Notes under the pieces: model-generated | Told to the model about the DNA's origin: nothing | Seen by the model: only the letters and a program-made list of their open reading frames with translations | The model's database searches: none | NCBI GenBank assembly: GCA_013265495.1 | Contig: MU058781.1 | Coordinates: forward strand, 5,707,050 to 5,771,049 | DNA length: 64,000 bases | Reading direction: 5' to 3' | From: Vicugna vicugna | Taxonomy: Eukaryota | Made by a program: the position numbers and the translations under genes | Shown: positions 52,263 through 64,000 of the stretch, piece after piece | Layout: each line of letters starts with the position of its first letter | How positions within the stretch are numbered: position 1 is the stretch's first letter

Positions 52263-52910
52263 TATTTACTGAGCACCTACTACATGGCAGATGTTAGAGA
52301 AACAAGGATGAATAAGGGGTTGCCCAGTTCCAAGTTTACAACCAGTTAAGATGGTAAGCATAGCAACAAATGAGTGAATGCAAGTGTTACAGAGCCAGAT
52401 CCAGAAAGAGGGAGAATCCGCAAATGCACACTCACACACAGAGATGCATGCTCACACACAAGTGTACAGCTCTTGGCAACTGGTTACAAATGAGCAGGTG
52501 CTCCTTCCCCTTGGATGAAGGGAAGCCAGAAAGTTCCACAGAGAATGTGACAGCTGAACTGAGCCGTGTGTGTGTGTGCGCACGTACTTTTAACTCAGTT
52601 TTAATACTTGTGAAACCATGTCTTAAAATCTCATTTTCACCTATTTTTAAAATTGAAGTACATTTGATTTACAGTGTGTTCATTTCTGGTGTGATTCAGC
52701 TAGATAGGTTTTTTCATATTCTTTTTCATTATAGGTTATTACAAGGCATTGAATATAGTTCCCTGTGCTGCCCAGTAGGACCTTGTCGTTCACCTAGTCT
52801 GTGTATAGCATGAACTGAACTGAGTCTTATGACATGACTAGGTGTGTGCCAGGCAAGACGGGGCACAGGACATCCAGGCAATTAAGAAGTGTGAGAAGAG
52901 GCATAAAACA
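52262..52910 (-). mobile_element. L2 LINE 3' region interrupted by an L1-derived insertion
   Basis: tatttactgagcacctactacatggcag...gtgacagctgaactgag, resuming at ctgaactgagtcttatgacatgactaggtgtgtgccaggc. Confidence 0.55.
52644..52810 (-). mobile_element. Artiodactyl-type L1 3' end
   Basis: tttaaaattgaagtacatttgatttacagtgtgt...cattataggttattacaaggcattgaatatagttccctgtgctgcccagtaggaccttg. Same family as 11624-11810, opposite strand. Confidence 0.85.
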
Positions 52911-52914
52911 ACAT

Positions 52915-53135
52915 TTAGTCACGTACTCATTCAACAAGTACTTATCAAGTGCCTCCTATGTGCCTGTGTCGCTTTACGCACTGGGATCCGGCGGTAAATG
53001 ACACCAATGAGGTTTCTGCTTTCAGTGAGCTAACATTCTAACAGAGGCGGCAAATGATAATCCAGTGGACAGATACACAAACCCAAGAGCTATGAAGAAA
53101 ACACAGTGGGTAAGATGGTTAGATGGAGACTGGGA
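52915..53135 (-). mobile_element. L2 LINE 3' end
   Basis: cattcaacaagtacttatcaagtgcctcctatgtgcc...ctgggat...tctgctttcagtgagctaacattcta. Confidence 0.75.
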
Positions 53136-54149
53136 ACCAAAGTGTAGACGGTGAGAGCCAGGAGAAAGAGCCAGAGGCAAACCCCACGCCCACCACTCTG
53201 TTTTCTGCCGGAAGGATTTTCCCTAAACCCTCCCGGCCTCTAACTCCATTCTTTTTTTCTTCCCAGGGATGTAGGGCGAGTTACCTGGCTGGGAGCTAAA
53301 GCTGGCATGGACCACGCCTCTCCTTGGGGGAATGTTAACTCCACCGGGTAGAATTAGATTAATTAATCTATCACTGGGTAGCGTTAAAACATTGAGCACC
53401 TGGGGGGCGGGGGGGTTTGGTCTCTTTTGCCTTCCTTCTTCAGGGCCACAGTGGCCTCGGGACGCAAACCTTCCCTGCAGGCGGGCTGTGCCCAGGCCCA
53501 GTCGGGGTGTGAGGAGGTGGGAAGCTCTTGCTGGCTCTCATCCTAAAACACAAACTCTAACTCAGTTAACTGTTATCCGTCACATAGGTGCATCCCGGCC
53601 TCCATCTGCCTTCTTGTCTTGTTTCTTGGTTGGCTCAGAACTTGAGAAGAAAAGAGTACTCTTTTCAAATAAAAGTTTTATATGATAAAAACCTCCTCTC
53701 GCCAAACGGACCTCAAAACTAAATTAGGAACCACTATCATAATCTATCAGACCTGTCACCTTAATGAAAATTCCTTCCAATCTCTTCCTTAGTAGCTCAA
53801 AGACATTACTAGGGGTTTGACTGAGAAGTCTGGCCCACAAAGTATAAGGCAAATTCCATAGAAGGAGTGAACCCTGGGGGTGACGAGGCGGAGGACGACT
53901 TCAGTGCCACTGAAAACCCTGGGGTACACAGTTCATGGTCGGTAGCCACAAAGAGGAAGACAAGGAAATGCGAAGTCTTTAGATATACTTACCTTGTGAT
54001 TTCACATTTACTTTTTTTTTAAACCACACCAGTTAAAAGAGTTTCTTGAGTTTATCTTTTCTCTGAAGAATTTAAAAGCATTTTCAATACATTTACACAC
54101 TTGCCTCACAGCTTCCTTATGAGATCGGATGAGACCATAGCATTATCAT

Positions 54150-54450
54150 CAAGAAATATTAACGACATGTTAGTGTCTACGGGGTTCAGTTCTGAGCATC
54201 AGAGAAATTTTTTTTAAAAAAGATAAAGAACAAGATAGATGGCTCCTGACCTCAAAGGTCTTACCCTCTACCTAGAAAGACTGCTCAGGCCCCCAAAGCA
54301 TGATGTATCAAAAAAGGGAAAACACAAAAACCAATGTCAAATAGATAGCGAAGATTTTTAAGATGTTTCAGGAGTTCAGGGAGACAAAGCATCCGTTGAA
54401 ATCAAGAGTGATTACAATGGTTTCACAGAGGATTTCAGAGATGAGAAAAC
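54150..54450 (-). mobile_element. L2 LINE fragment, decayed
   Basis: aagaacaagatagatggctcctgacctcaaaggtcttaccctcta...caggagttcagggag. Confidence 0.5.
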
Positions 54451-56356
54451 ATCAGAGACATGTTAAAACCCCAACCACACACCCTGGAGCAACTGCATTT
54501 AGAAACAGCACCTCCGGGGGAAGCTCCTCGAAGCCATGCCATGTGCACCATATTTCTCGGTGCAGCCCCACCATGCGGGGGACTTCACGCTGCCCCAGGA
54601 AGGGCCCCCTCAATGCGTATGGAGCACATTAAATGGGTCCTCTGTTTCCCGAGATCTCACAGAGCCCCATTTCAGTGCCTAATTTCCAGCCAGGAGCAGC
54701 GGACCGCGATGTGCAGGAAGCACTCTGCCCACAGTGCCATTCTCACAGGGATGATGAAAAGAACAGAGTATCCACCGACTCGGGTCTGCTAGGGCAGGGA
54801 GGTTCTGCCAGCCCTGCTGGCATACCCAGCGGCCTGCAGAATTTTACTGCAGACCCTGCCTTCTCCCTCATCAGGTCCCCAGCTGGGTGGGGACAGGAGG
54901 CAAGCGTTCACAGCAGAGATCGACAGTAACAGTTACGCAGCCCACGCTCTCCAGGAGGGCAAAGGCAGCTCAGAATAAGGTGGAAAATAAAAGGGGCCAT
55001 CAGGGCTGTGCTCATCCTGCCCAGGATACCCCGGCTGCCACACTCATTTTATTCTTTTCTGGCTGCACAGACATGTTGCTATGGAACCAATACACGCCAC
55101 TGTTCCTTGGCCTCCAGCAAATAAAATCGCAGCGCTGGCAAGAGCCTTTCCCTAGATTTCCCTTAAAGGGATACCATTGATGGCGAGCACCATTCGACCT
55201 TGGAGACAGCAGAGGCATCTTTTCAGGGTCCAGCCCGGCCGCACACCAGGAGGTGGAGCCCGGCGACTCGTGTTTTACGAGGCGCTCACGTGTGCGGCAC
55301 GTGGACCTGCGTGGTACCAACCTAAGGCACGGGGGTCAGCCTCTGGGCTGCTTTTTAAGACACACATGGCTCTGGCGTGTGTTTAGTTCCCCACCCCTCA
55401 ACCGGTAAAAGCAAACAGCTTGTAGTATTTGAGGTAATGATTTGATGCCTCCTGACGGTCGACTTCCAACTACTTAAGACCCCGTAGGAGACCCAAGTTG
55501 CCAAGAGTGGTCGACGTGAGGTCAGGTGGTCCTTGTTTTCTCGCTTTACAGCTTCTCGCCTCACACTCCTACCAGTTTATTCACTTAAAGAGTAGCACGA
55601 GGTAGGCATGGACCTTGGCACGTTTCCCCTCCTAAGACTAAAACAGGGCACAGCTGAGGGCCTTATCAATCTGATTCCACAGAGACCCTCAGATTCCCCA
55701 GCGCGCAGCAGATCGCAAGGTCCAGCGTTTTAGTGTGCTGTGCTCCGGGGATAAACTTTTCGGGCTTTCCTTGGAGAAGATGAGGGAATGGAAATCCTCA
55801 GGTTCACACTTCTAATGATGCACATTCATGCCTACCGAGTACTGAGCAGGGGGACCGTCCCTCAGCAATCAGCAACCCACGTTTTAAATTTCATACAGTA
55901 CGTTGGCAGAAAGCAGACGATCTGTTCCCCGATAAGATTTATCAAGTTCCTTATTAGTGACTCCAGGAAGGGCAGAAGGAAGGCTCCATTTGTTAAGATA
56001 AAGTGATTAAGTTGACAAGTGGGATAAAATAATGGACCCAGACTCTCAATACCACACTTAGATCAATCCCCAGACGAGAAGAAATGTTTTGGAAATACGT
56101 GCACTGAGATCATCAGCCTAAATGAACGTCACCCAGACCGGACACAAGCGTCTCAGGAGAACCACAGGAAGAACCTCCTGGGACCCCACGTGAGCACATT
56201 CTCCATCATACCCCACAACCAGGCTCTCGTGTAAAAAGTATCAATGCTTCTGTGAAGCAGTGTTTCTCCGAGAGTGTCCGTGACCGGGGTCACATTTGTA
56301 CCGCACTGCAAGAAACCTGTTAAGTGTCACACTGCAGGTGCAGGCAGCCCTGAAGC

Positions 56357-56387
56357 GGGGCGGGGGGGGGGGGGGGGGGGGGTGGGG
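56357..56387 (+). repeat. Poly-G tract (G21 core)
   Basis: ggggc, then G21 at 56362-56382, then tgggg. Confidence 0.95.
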
Positions 56388-58919
56388 CGCCGGCCTGCAG
56401 CTGGCCGGCACACACCCGCAGGTGCACCGTGGCTTCTAGCTGCAAAACAGGTGGACCCCGCATCTCAGCACGTGACACGGGGTATTGCAAATGCCGTGGT
56501 TTGGGAAAGGCGCAAAGGAAACGAAAAATATGCTGAGATGAGGTCCATCGTGGGAGCGTCCTGGGCACATCCACTCCATTAATCTCTCGTGGAAGTAGCC
56601 AAGGGTGATTACTAGAAAGTTAAGCAGCCGGAGGACATCACTCCCAACACTTGCACTGGAGGGGTGCTAGCGTTAGCTGATTGGTATAACATCAGGTTGA
56701 ACCACCTCTAGCTGTATCCTCAGAAGGCACTGAGATTCAAAAGGCAGCTCTGTGCGCGGGGAGGTGGGAGGGTAGGGGATGACCGCCAGCAGCTGGGAGT
56801 CAAATGCCTCGCTCACAATCTAGGCTCAGACCAGGGGCGGGAAGGGCTTAAGGGGCCTGACTGCCCCGTCTGCACACGGGGGCTTTGCCAGATGAGCAAT
56901 AAGGTCCCTCTAGTGCTCACACCCTATTATTCTCTGCCGTGGTGTCAAAATAAAACAGTATGTCACATGAACACAATGAATGGGGTCTCCCTGCCCACGG
57001 CCATGTTTCTGTGCATCAGCTACTGAAAAAAAAAAAGGAAACTTCCTCTCTCATCCACTCTGGGAGCTGAACAAGGTAATAGCAATGGCGGTAACAACTC
57101 AGAAGAGAGGAAACGTGTGAACAGCCAAAAGAAATGGCAGAAAAAACACAAGACAGAAGCACTCAGCTCTGAAGGGAAGAGGAGGTTTGATGAGTAAAAA
57201 GAACAGCCTGGTTCCAGGTGGGAGAAAATTTGGAGAGAATGAGTGCTTATCAAGCACTTTTTTTGGAGCATCACAATAACTGGATAAACTATTGATGTGG
57301 GTAGAAATACATACAGAAGAGTCAAAGGCTCACTCACCCTGTGAGAACAGCAGATTGGTCTCCTCTTCACCCAGAAAACGGACTAATTTCTTTGGAAAAC
57401 TGTAAGAGAAAAGGTTAAAAATGAAACATTAAACCCCTCCTGTAAGTCAGCACAGGTGTGCAGGCCAGGAGGTAAGGAATCTCAGCTCCTGGCCCTTTGG
57501 CACCTACTAGGTGCACAGCTAGTGTGTGAAGAGCGTGGACGCACGACTGCTTGGCTGACTACATGAACTTCCAAAACAGAGCCCTGAACAATTACCACGT
57601 AGAAAATGATTCCTTTATCTGGAGATGAGTGAACCCTACAACAAAGGAGTGTTATCGGCAAAGAAAGAGCCCAGAGACAGCGACAGAAACGCCAGCGGCT
57701 TATTGGACAGGGGGAAACCTTACACAAAGGTCCTGGAGCGACATCCCACCGTGTGCGGCGGACGGCGCGCAGGAGGCAACACCAACCCCCACCACTCGGG
57801 GGAGGAGGAGGCTTCCATTTATAGGGGGGAATTGGTGTCAGGTGGGCTCAGTTACCAGGGACTACTTAGGCCCCATAATTAAGAGGATTGGATAGTCATG
57901 TGAGCCAGGCAAAGCCTGGTCGAGCAGGAGCCATGTAGAGAGAGCAAGAGGACAGCCATCTTGAACACAGGCGTACATTGTGGTGCCTGGGAAATCATTT
58001 TGTAGGTGGATCTTTTAAGATCTCGTGTCTGCACCCCCACAGTGGGGCTAACTGCAGATGTCTTCATAAGTAACCAGAGCACCCCACTTCTGCACTTTGC
58101 ACTTCCCCAAAATGGTGTGCCCACAATTCCATTCATCCCCTCCTGAGTCAGCGACCCCCCGGGGACCTGTAATGCAGCGCGGGAACATGGGCCTGGCAGA
58201 GAGGCACTGGGGGCCACATATCAGGCGGACTGAGTAATCCCGTGAGGAAGCCGCGGTGACTGAGATAACGTGTGGGAAAGAACCGAGATGATGTGAATGT
58301 TGGAAGAGGAAGCCTGAGAGACAAAGGGAGATAAGGGAGCGACAGCAGCAGACGGTTTAATCTGCATCACATAAGGAACTAACCCCGAGATCCAAGTTTT
58401 AAAAAATTTCCAGAGACTGCTTTAAAGGCTCTCTGCAGGTTCAGGAGGGAAGGAGGGAGCTCAAGTCTAGCTCCCGAGGTTGGCAAATTTCACACGACCC
58501 CAGAGGGCTGGGGATTAAGTCTCCAGCTGAAAGAAAGCCATTGCTTTTCCTCCCTTTTCCGAGAAGGAAAAGAGGGCTGTGGCCACCAGAGCTGTATGGG
58601 GGGGGTCTCTTCCTCTGAACATGTTCATTGGAGACACATTGCCAGACTCAAGTTTCTCAGAACCTTCTAGACGTGCCTCACAGTCCCAGAGAGCAGCCCA
58701 CCGTCAGGCTGTGCTGGGAGCGGCAAGCTACTGGGACCACGTGCTTCCTCCCCACGAGAAGGTCATGCTCTAACTGAAAACACTACAGGGTGCGCGCGGC
58801 CAAACACAGCCCACGCCGGTGAAATCCCCAAGCACCTTCTTTTTAAAGCAACGCTTTATAAACCACTCACATACATTCACCTTTTCATCCTCACGGCAAA
58901 CCAGAGGTCCACAGCCAGA

Positions 58920-59110
58920 ATCACCAAGACCCCAAACCCTGATTTCAGAGGTGGGACCGAGTCTCAGTCTCAGCTCAGCCACCCACCATTCAGGTGACAT
59001 AAACTCTCAGAACCCTTTCCTCATTTGCATGATGGCGGTAATAATATCGACTTCACATCATGTTTCAAGTTCTTAGGGCAGTGCTTGGCACGGAGAAGAG
59101 ACTTAATAAA
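58920..59110 (+). mobile_element. MIR SINE, decayed
   Basis: aactctcagaaccctttcctcatttgcatgatggcggtaataata...cagtgcttggcacggagaagagacttaataaa. Confidence 0.65.
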
Positions 59111-59289
59111 AAGGAAACGCTTGAGTGCCGTGGGGCAGAACACGCCTACAGATCTGGGGCAACAGGGAGGACACAGGAGAGCTTTTTTTTTTTTTTTAAT
59201 AATTTTATGATTTATCAAAATGTGGGTACTTGTGTTCTCTCTTTCCCCACCCTCCCAAAATTACATCAGAGAAATGAGAACAAAGTAAC

Positions 59290-59590
59290 ACCATTTACTG
59301 CGAACAATTAGAAAATACAGACGGGGTGGGAGGGGACAAATAATATAAATCAGCAGAAGTCCCAGTAACAATCACCGTGAACATTATGGCTCTCTCCTGT
59401 ATACAGAATAATCAAGTATACAGAATAATCAGACAGATACTTACATAAGTAAAATTACATACAGATCGTTTATTCATAACATTCTCTGGTAGCATTCACA
59501 TTGTTCTGCAGTCTGATAATATTTTACTTGTTATATTGTAAACCTCTTTTAACACCAATAAATCCATCTCTGTCATAACTGTTAACCAAT
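59290..59590 (-). mobile_element. Old L1 (L1ME-like) 3'UTR fragment
   Basis: aattagaaaatacaga...aacaatcaccgtgaacatt...cacattgttctgcagtctg. Contains a 17-bp-period duplication gtatacagaataatca at 59399 and 59416. Confidence 0.45.
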
Positions 59591-61287
59591 CCGTGTCCCA
59601 CAGTTATGAGAAATGACTACACGTGTGGCAGGGTGTGGTCCTTTTGCTTTCCACACTTTCATCAAGATTGAGAAAGGCTGCTTGTATACACATCAGAAGT
59701 CTTAGCAAGAAAAAACTGCTTGGGTTTGAGTGGGTGTAGCTGAGAAGAATACAAACTAGCACATACACCGCAGGGAATAATATCACAAATCACAATACTC
59801 AGTGAGTTTCCAACACGGTGGAAGGGGACAGAATTTTAAAGACGAGGGCGAATGGTGGAGAGAGATGCCTATTTCGAGTATGAAATCAGAAACCTGAGGT
59901 TGAAGAAGTGTCCTTGTTTTCAGTCCGGTCACGGTAGAGTTACTTGATGATACAGAGAAAAGCAAACTGAAAACTGTAGACTCTCGAGTGAACCTAAAAA
60001 TTATAATCACATTATATGAACTTGAAAACTTACCAAAAAATCAGAATTTACCATATTTACAAGATATCAAGAGTTGGAATGTTTGTGGAGTCTCAATATT
60101 TCTGATCTAATTTCCTTCTCGAAGAGAACAGTTGGTTTGGTAAAACATATGTGATATAGCTTAATTGAGTTGCATGACACATCCTTGTCCTCCATCAAGA
60201 AAATCGTGCCATACCTATAAATGTGACTGACCAGCAACACTTCAGGAAAATACCACTTCTGCAGGGAGGCTGGGGAAGTGAATGTATCCCCACAATTGGC
60301 AGAGTGTAGAGCGACTTCTTCCTCCAGTTATGAGTGTAACCCTTTAAAGTACCGCCAACATGCTCCTTCCTACAAGCCAGCAGGAGATGGGGGATTGCCA
60401 GCGAGTAGCCAAGAAAGACAGGACATACCATGGCAGCAGAGAAATGCCAAATCAGATACCCGCCAGGAAATCCTGGAGAGACCAACAGTGGACAAACACA
60501 GAGTTGGACTTGAAAAACCAGAATCTACAATGAATGCACAGGTGATAACCCCTTTGTAGGCTACCTTTCAACAAAAGTCCCCTAAAAATTCATGCCTTGT
60601 CTAGCTTGTGCAATTTTTAGGGGAAGTGACAATTTGTGGTGGGGGGGGTCACACCTTTAGAAATTTCATGTGAAGTAGAATTAACATTGGAAGATAAGAA
60701 CTCAGATCTTAAGTTTTAGCACTGGATAGAATCAGAGAGAGCATCTCTTTGGCAACTCCCACTGGGGTCTTTACTGTATCATGGAATATGGACGGAGCTG
60801 CTTTTAACAGATCTCTTTTGATGGTATGATTCAGGAACCAGTGAGCTGTTCCTAGATCTGACCATGAACTTCTTCCAGGGACAAAGTCTGTGTTTTGCTT
60901 CACTCTCTCATGGCCACTGCTTTCTCCATGAGAGAAAACCAGATGGTGAGGCTGGGCTGTGTGCTCTCTAACGTCTCTTTTATGCAGGGAAGGCTACATA
61001 ATGCACTTCTTAACTTCACTTTCAAAGGGCCCTTTGCATCCTTTGATGCTGTACATGGGGTGGCCCAGAGAACATTCTGTACAGCAGACCTAGCCATGGA
61101 AAACGGTGGCTGAGATTCTAAAGTCCGCATCCAATTGTGTGTCTCCAGTGAACATCACCTAGCCAGGAAAACTGGCTGATACTCTACATTCCACACTTAC
61201 AATATATTTTTGGACTACTGACTTTGGAAAATTCTGTCTTGCCGTTGTATCATGTCGTCCTGAGTAAGAACTGGATCCCTTAACATC

Positions 61288-61490
61288 AGCTACTACCATT
61301 TACTGGGTGGCTAATTATGTCCACAAGTTTTTACCTGTTATCCCGAATCTTCACAAAATCTCTGTAAAATGGGTCCTTTTAGCCCTCTGGCGCAAATAAG
61401 GAAAACAAGCTTCAAGATGAGTGACCTAGCTAAGGTCACCTAACCAGGGAGCTAACAAAGCAAGAATTCAAAGCCAGGTTTGTCTGGGTT
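61288..61490 (-). mobile_element. MIR SINE
   Basis: agctactaccatttactgggtggctaattatgtcc...aatcttcacaaaatctctgtaa...aaataaggaaaacaagc...gtgacctagctaaggtcac. Confidence 0.75.
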
Positions 61491-62239
61491 TCACGGCCAA
61501 AGAGAAAAGAGATGAGCCCCGTGGCAACGTGCATGTGGATTTTACATTAAAGCCCAGGATGTAGCATTTTGCCAAGAACGAAAAACAAGCACTGGCTTTT
61601 ACTAAATGCACAGATACTTCTTTTTCAGGTTATTTCTTTTTCAGATTATAAAATACATGGCGGCAGCCAGCTAGGATGCTAGAACAAAAGTCATCCAGGA
61701 CACTGAGTGGCGAGTCATGCTTGAGCCGTCCATCCAGCAGGTGCTGGGCCAGCACTCGTCAGGCAGAGCAGCAGGACCGAAGTGCTGACAGTTGCAATGA
61801 CACAAAATGTAGCCTCGGCAAGTCGGCCTAACAATTATTTCACATCATTCTGATTATGAGCCACAAGCATGCAATCAACGGCACAGAGACGCTCTTAAAT
61901 GATCTCCATCAGCAGTTTACTTCAGCTAGCAAAGCGTGGCAGATGGAACACACTCTCATCTGACCTAAACGCAGTGTTAATAACCCAAACACGAAGAACG
62001 TGCAGGGACCACGGTGGCACGAGGGTGCTGGCCTTGCTGGGGGCCATTGGTTATGATAGATGCATTTTATTTTCTTCAACTTTTCCATTTACTATCTCAG
62101 AGTAAATAAATAACTCTTCATGTGTTTCTCATCTGATACATTTAGCCACAGTCTAACTCAATTTAAAGACTTAAGCTTACAAAATTTCCCAGACCTAATA
62201 CTGCATGTTGTACTATCTCTGTAAGGAGCATGATTCATA

Positions 62240-62395
62240 TTCCATCGTAAATTTTTATGGGTGTGCGTCTCCCAGGCTCAGTTGTGGCCCAGCTCTGAGA
62301 GCATGGAATTTATATCATTTATCTCTGTATTCCTAACACCTAGTGCCTGGCATATATGGTAGACAATCAAAATATGCAGAAATGAATGAATTCTC
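62240..62395 (+). mobile_element. L2 LINE 3' end
   Basis: atttatctctgtattcctaacacctagtgcctggcatatatggtagacaatcaaaatatgcagaaatgaatgaa. Confidence 0.75.
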
Positions 62396-62747
62396 ATCCG
62401 ACCATAAAGAAGGCACATTTACTGAGTGCATGAATGACCCTCAAGTTGTTCTGAGAAGTCTCTAGTATTTCAAATGGCAATATCTGAATTCCAAAACTTG
62501 CCTACCAGTTGAAAAGATGACTGTAAATATATACCAAGAAATTCAGCAGAGATCTGTTCTTAGGCAGTAAAAACACATAAAAATAAGGAAATACTACCCT
62601 GGTATCCAATGAAGAAAATCATTTGCAAAGGGCTTCCCACCAGCCCATAACTTAAGGGGGAGATAGTATTTTGGGAGTGGTTTCCAAGGAGAGTAGTTAA
62701 AATCACTATGGGTTAGAGAACCAGATCTGGAAGAGAAACATTGCAAA

Positions 62748-63573
62748 TGCGCAAAGGACTTGAATTGACATTTCTCCAAAGATCATCTACAAATGGCCAA
62801 TAAGCACATATAAAAAAATGCTGAGCATCACTAATCATTAGGGGAAGGCAAATCAGTGCCATAATGAGATACCACTTCACACCCCTTAGAATGGCTGTTA
62901 TTAAAAAACAACAACAAGCAAACAAAACCAGAAAATAACATGCACTGGCCAGCATGTGGAGAAACCCTTGTGCATTACCGGTGGGAATGTAAAATGATGC
63001 AGATACAGCTACTGTGGAAAACAGTACGATGGCCCCTTAAAAAATTAAACCACCAAATTACCATATAATCCAGCAATCCCACTTACGGGTGTAGATCCTG
63101 AAGAACTGAAAGCAAGGACTTGAACATACATCTGAACATCCATGGTCATCGCAGCATTATTCACAGAAGCCAAAAGGTAGATGCACTCGAGTATGAATAA
63201 ACCAAATGTGATACATGCACACAATGGAATATTTAGTGGCCTTAAAAAGGGAGGAAATTCTCACACAGGCTGAGACATGGAGGAACCTGGAGGACATGAT
63301 GCTAAGTGAAACACACCAGTCACAAAAGGACAAATACCGCACGATTCCACTTATATGAGGTCATCAAATTCATAGACAGTAGAATGGTTGCCGGGGCTGG
63401 GAGGGGGAGTGATGAAGAGTCAGTGCTTCATGAGGACAGAGTTTCCGTTTGGGAGGACGGATGGTGGGGATGGCTACACAACGATGTGAATGTACTTACT
63501 GTCCCACCGTGAACTGTACACTTAAAAATAACCAATTTTATTTTATGTATATTTTACCACAATTAAAAAAAAA
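62748..63573 (+). mobile_element. L1 (L1MB-like) 3' fragment with A tail
   Basis: gcaaaggacttgaattgacatttctccaaaga...aatgagataccacttcacaccc...aattaccatataatccagcaatcccact...agtcacaaaaggacaaatac...atgtatattttaccacaattaaaaaaaaa. Confidence 0.92.
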
Positions 63574-64000
63574 GTGACTCACAATCACTTGGCCCTTTAA
63601 GGGAGGTTTGCAGGTGATCTGTTTGGACCAGGTTATCCCAAGGAGGTCCAAGTCAGTCATGCTCACGACGGCTGGTTTACGAGAGGCAGCTGAGGAATTG
63701 CAACCTGGCTTGAGGGTTCCAGGAAATCAGGTAAAATTTGACAGCTTCCACATCTAGGAATCATTTGGACTAAAAGAGCATATGACTCTGAGCAAACCTG
63801 GCACCTAAGAAATCCGTGGTACGGTCAGAACGCCTGCAATATTCTTTTCTAAACGCTGCAACCTCAGAGATTCAGCTTGACGGCAGATCAGGGGTACGGT
63901 CAATGACAGGTAGGAAGAAAAGTTAGGAAAGTTACCTCCACGACGGAGGAACACAGAGAAGAGCAAAGAAAGGTAAAGCAAATCCCTATAATGGAGGCAA

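Noticed and set aside
53993..54062. 70-nt minus-strand segment with a cag acceptor and a perfect AAG|gtaagt donor
   Set aside because: Stop codons in all three frames and a modest pyrimidine tract. Most likely a pseudo-exon, with no support as a coding exon.
4960..63573. L1 orientation bias as support for the gene strand
   Set aside because: My tally of L1 fragments is about equal on both strands, so it is uninformative.
1..64000. A novel multi-gene system, CRISPR array, operon or prophage
   Set aside because: This is eukaryotic intron/UTR-like sequence dominated by known TE classes. There is no repeat-spacer array, no gene-dense region and no long ORF with a recognisable non-TE domain.

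Overview
This is mammalian genomic DNA, most likely camelid (alpaca, llama or camel): two copies of a tRNA-derived SINE resemble Vic-1, and the short L1 3' tails are of the artiodactyl type. It is not microbial, and I found no operons, CRISPR arrays, rRNA or tRNA genes. The best reading is the 3' end of a large minus-strand gene that I could not name. Bases ~1-2576 look like a long, repeat-free terminal exon/3'UTR with a good acceptor at 2577-2578 and an AATAAA at 928-933. A 161/184-nt candidate penultimate exon sits at ~15.95-16.13 kb. The rest looks like intron, filled with decayed L1, L2, MIR, MaLR (MLT1) LTRs and hAT-Charlie (MER5-like) elements, plus two N gaps. Nearly all ORFs in the track look spurious or are L1 remnants. 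I found no supportable novel biological system. The most interesting items are small: the candidate exon with two donors, a micro-inversion inside an L1, a possible L1 3' transduction, nested transposons, a palindrome flanked by direct repeats, enhancer-like motif clusters, and two tandem duplications that may be assembly artefacts. Repeat subfamily names come from recalled consensus sequences, and repeat boundaries are approximate.
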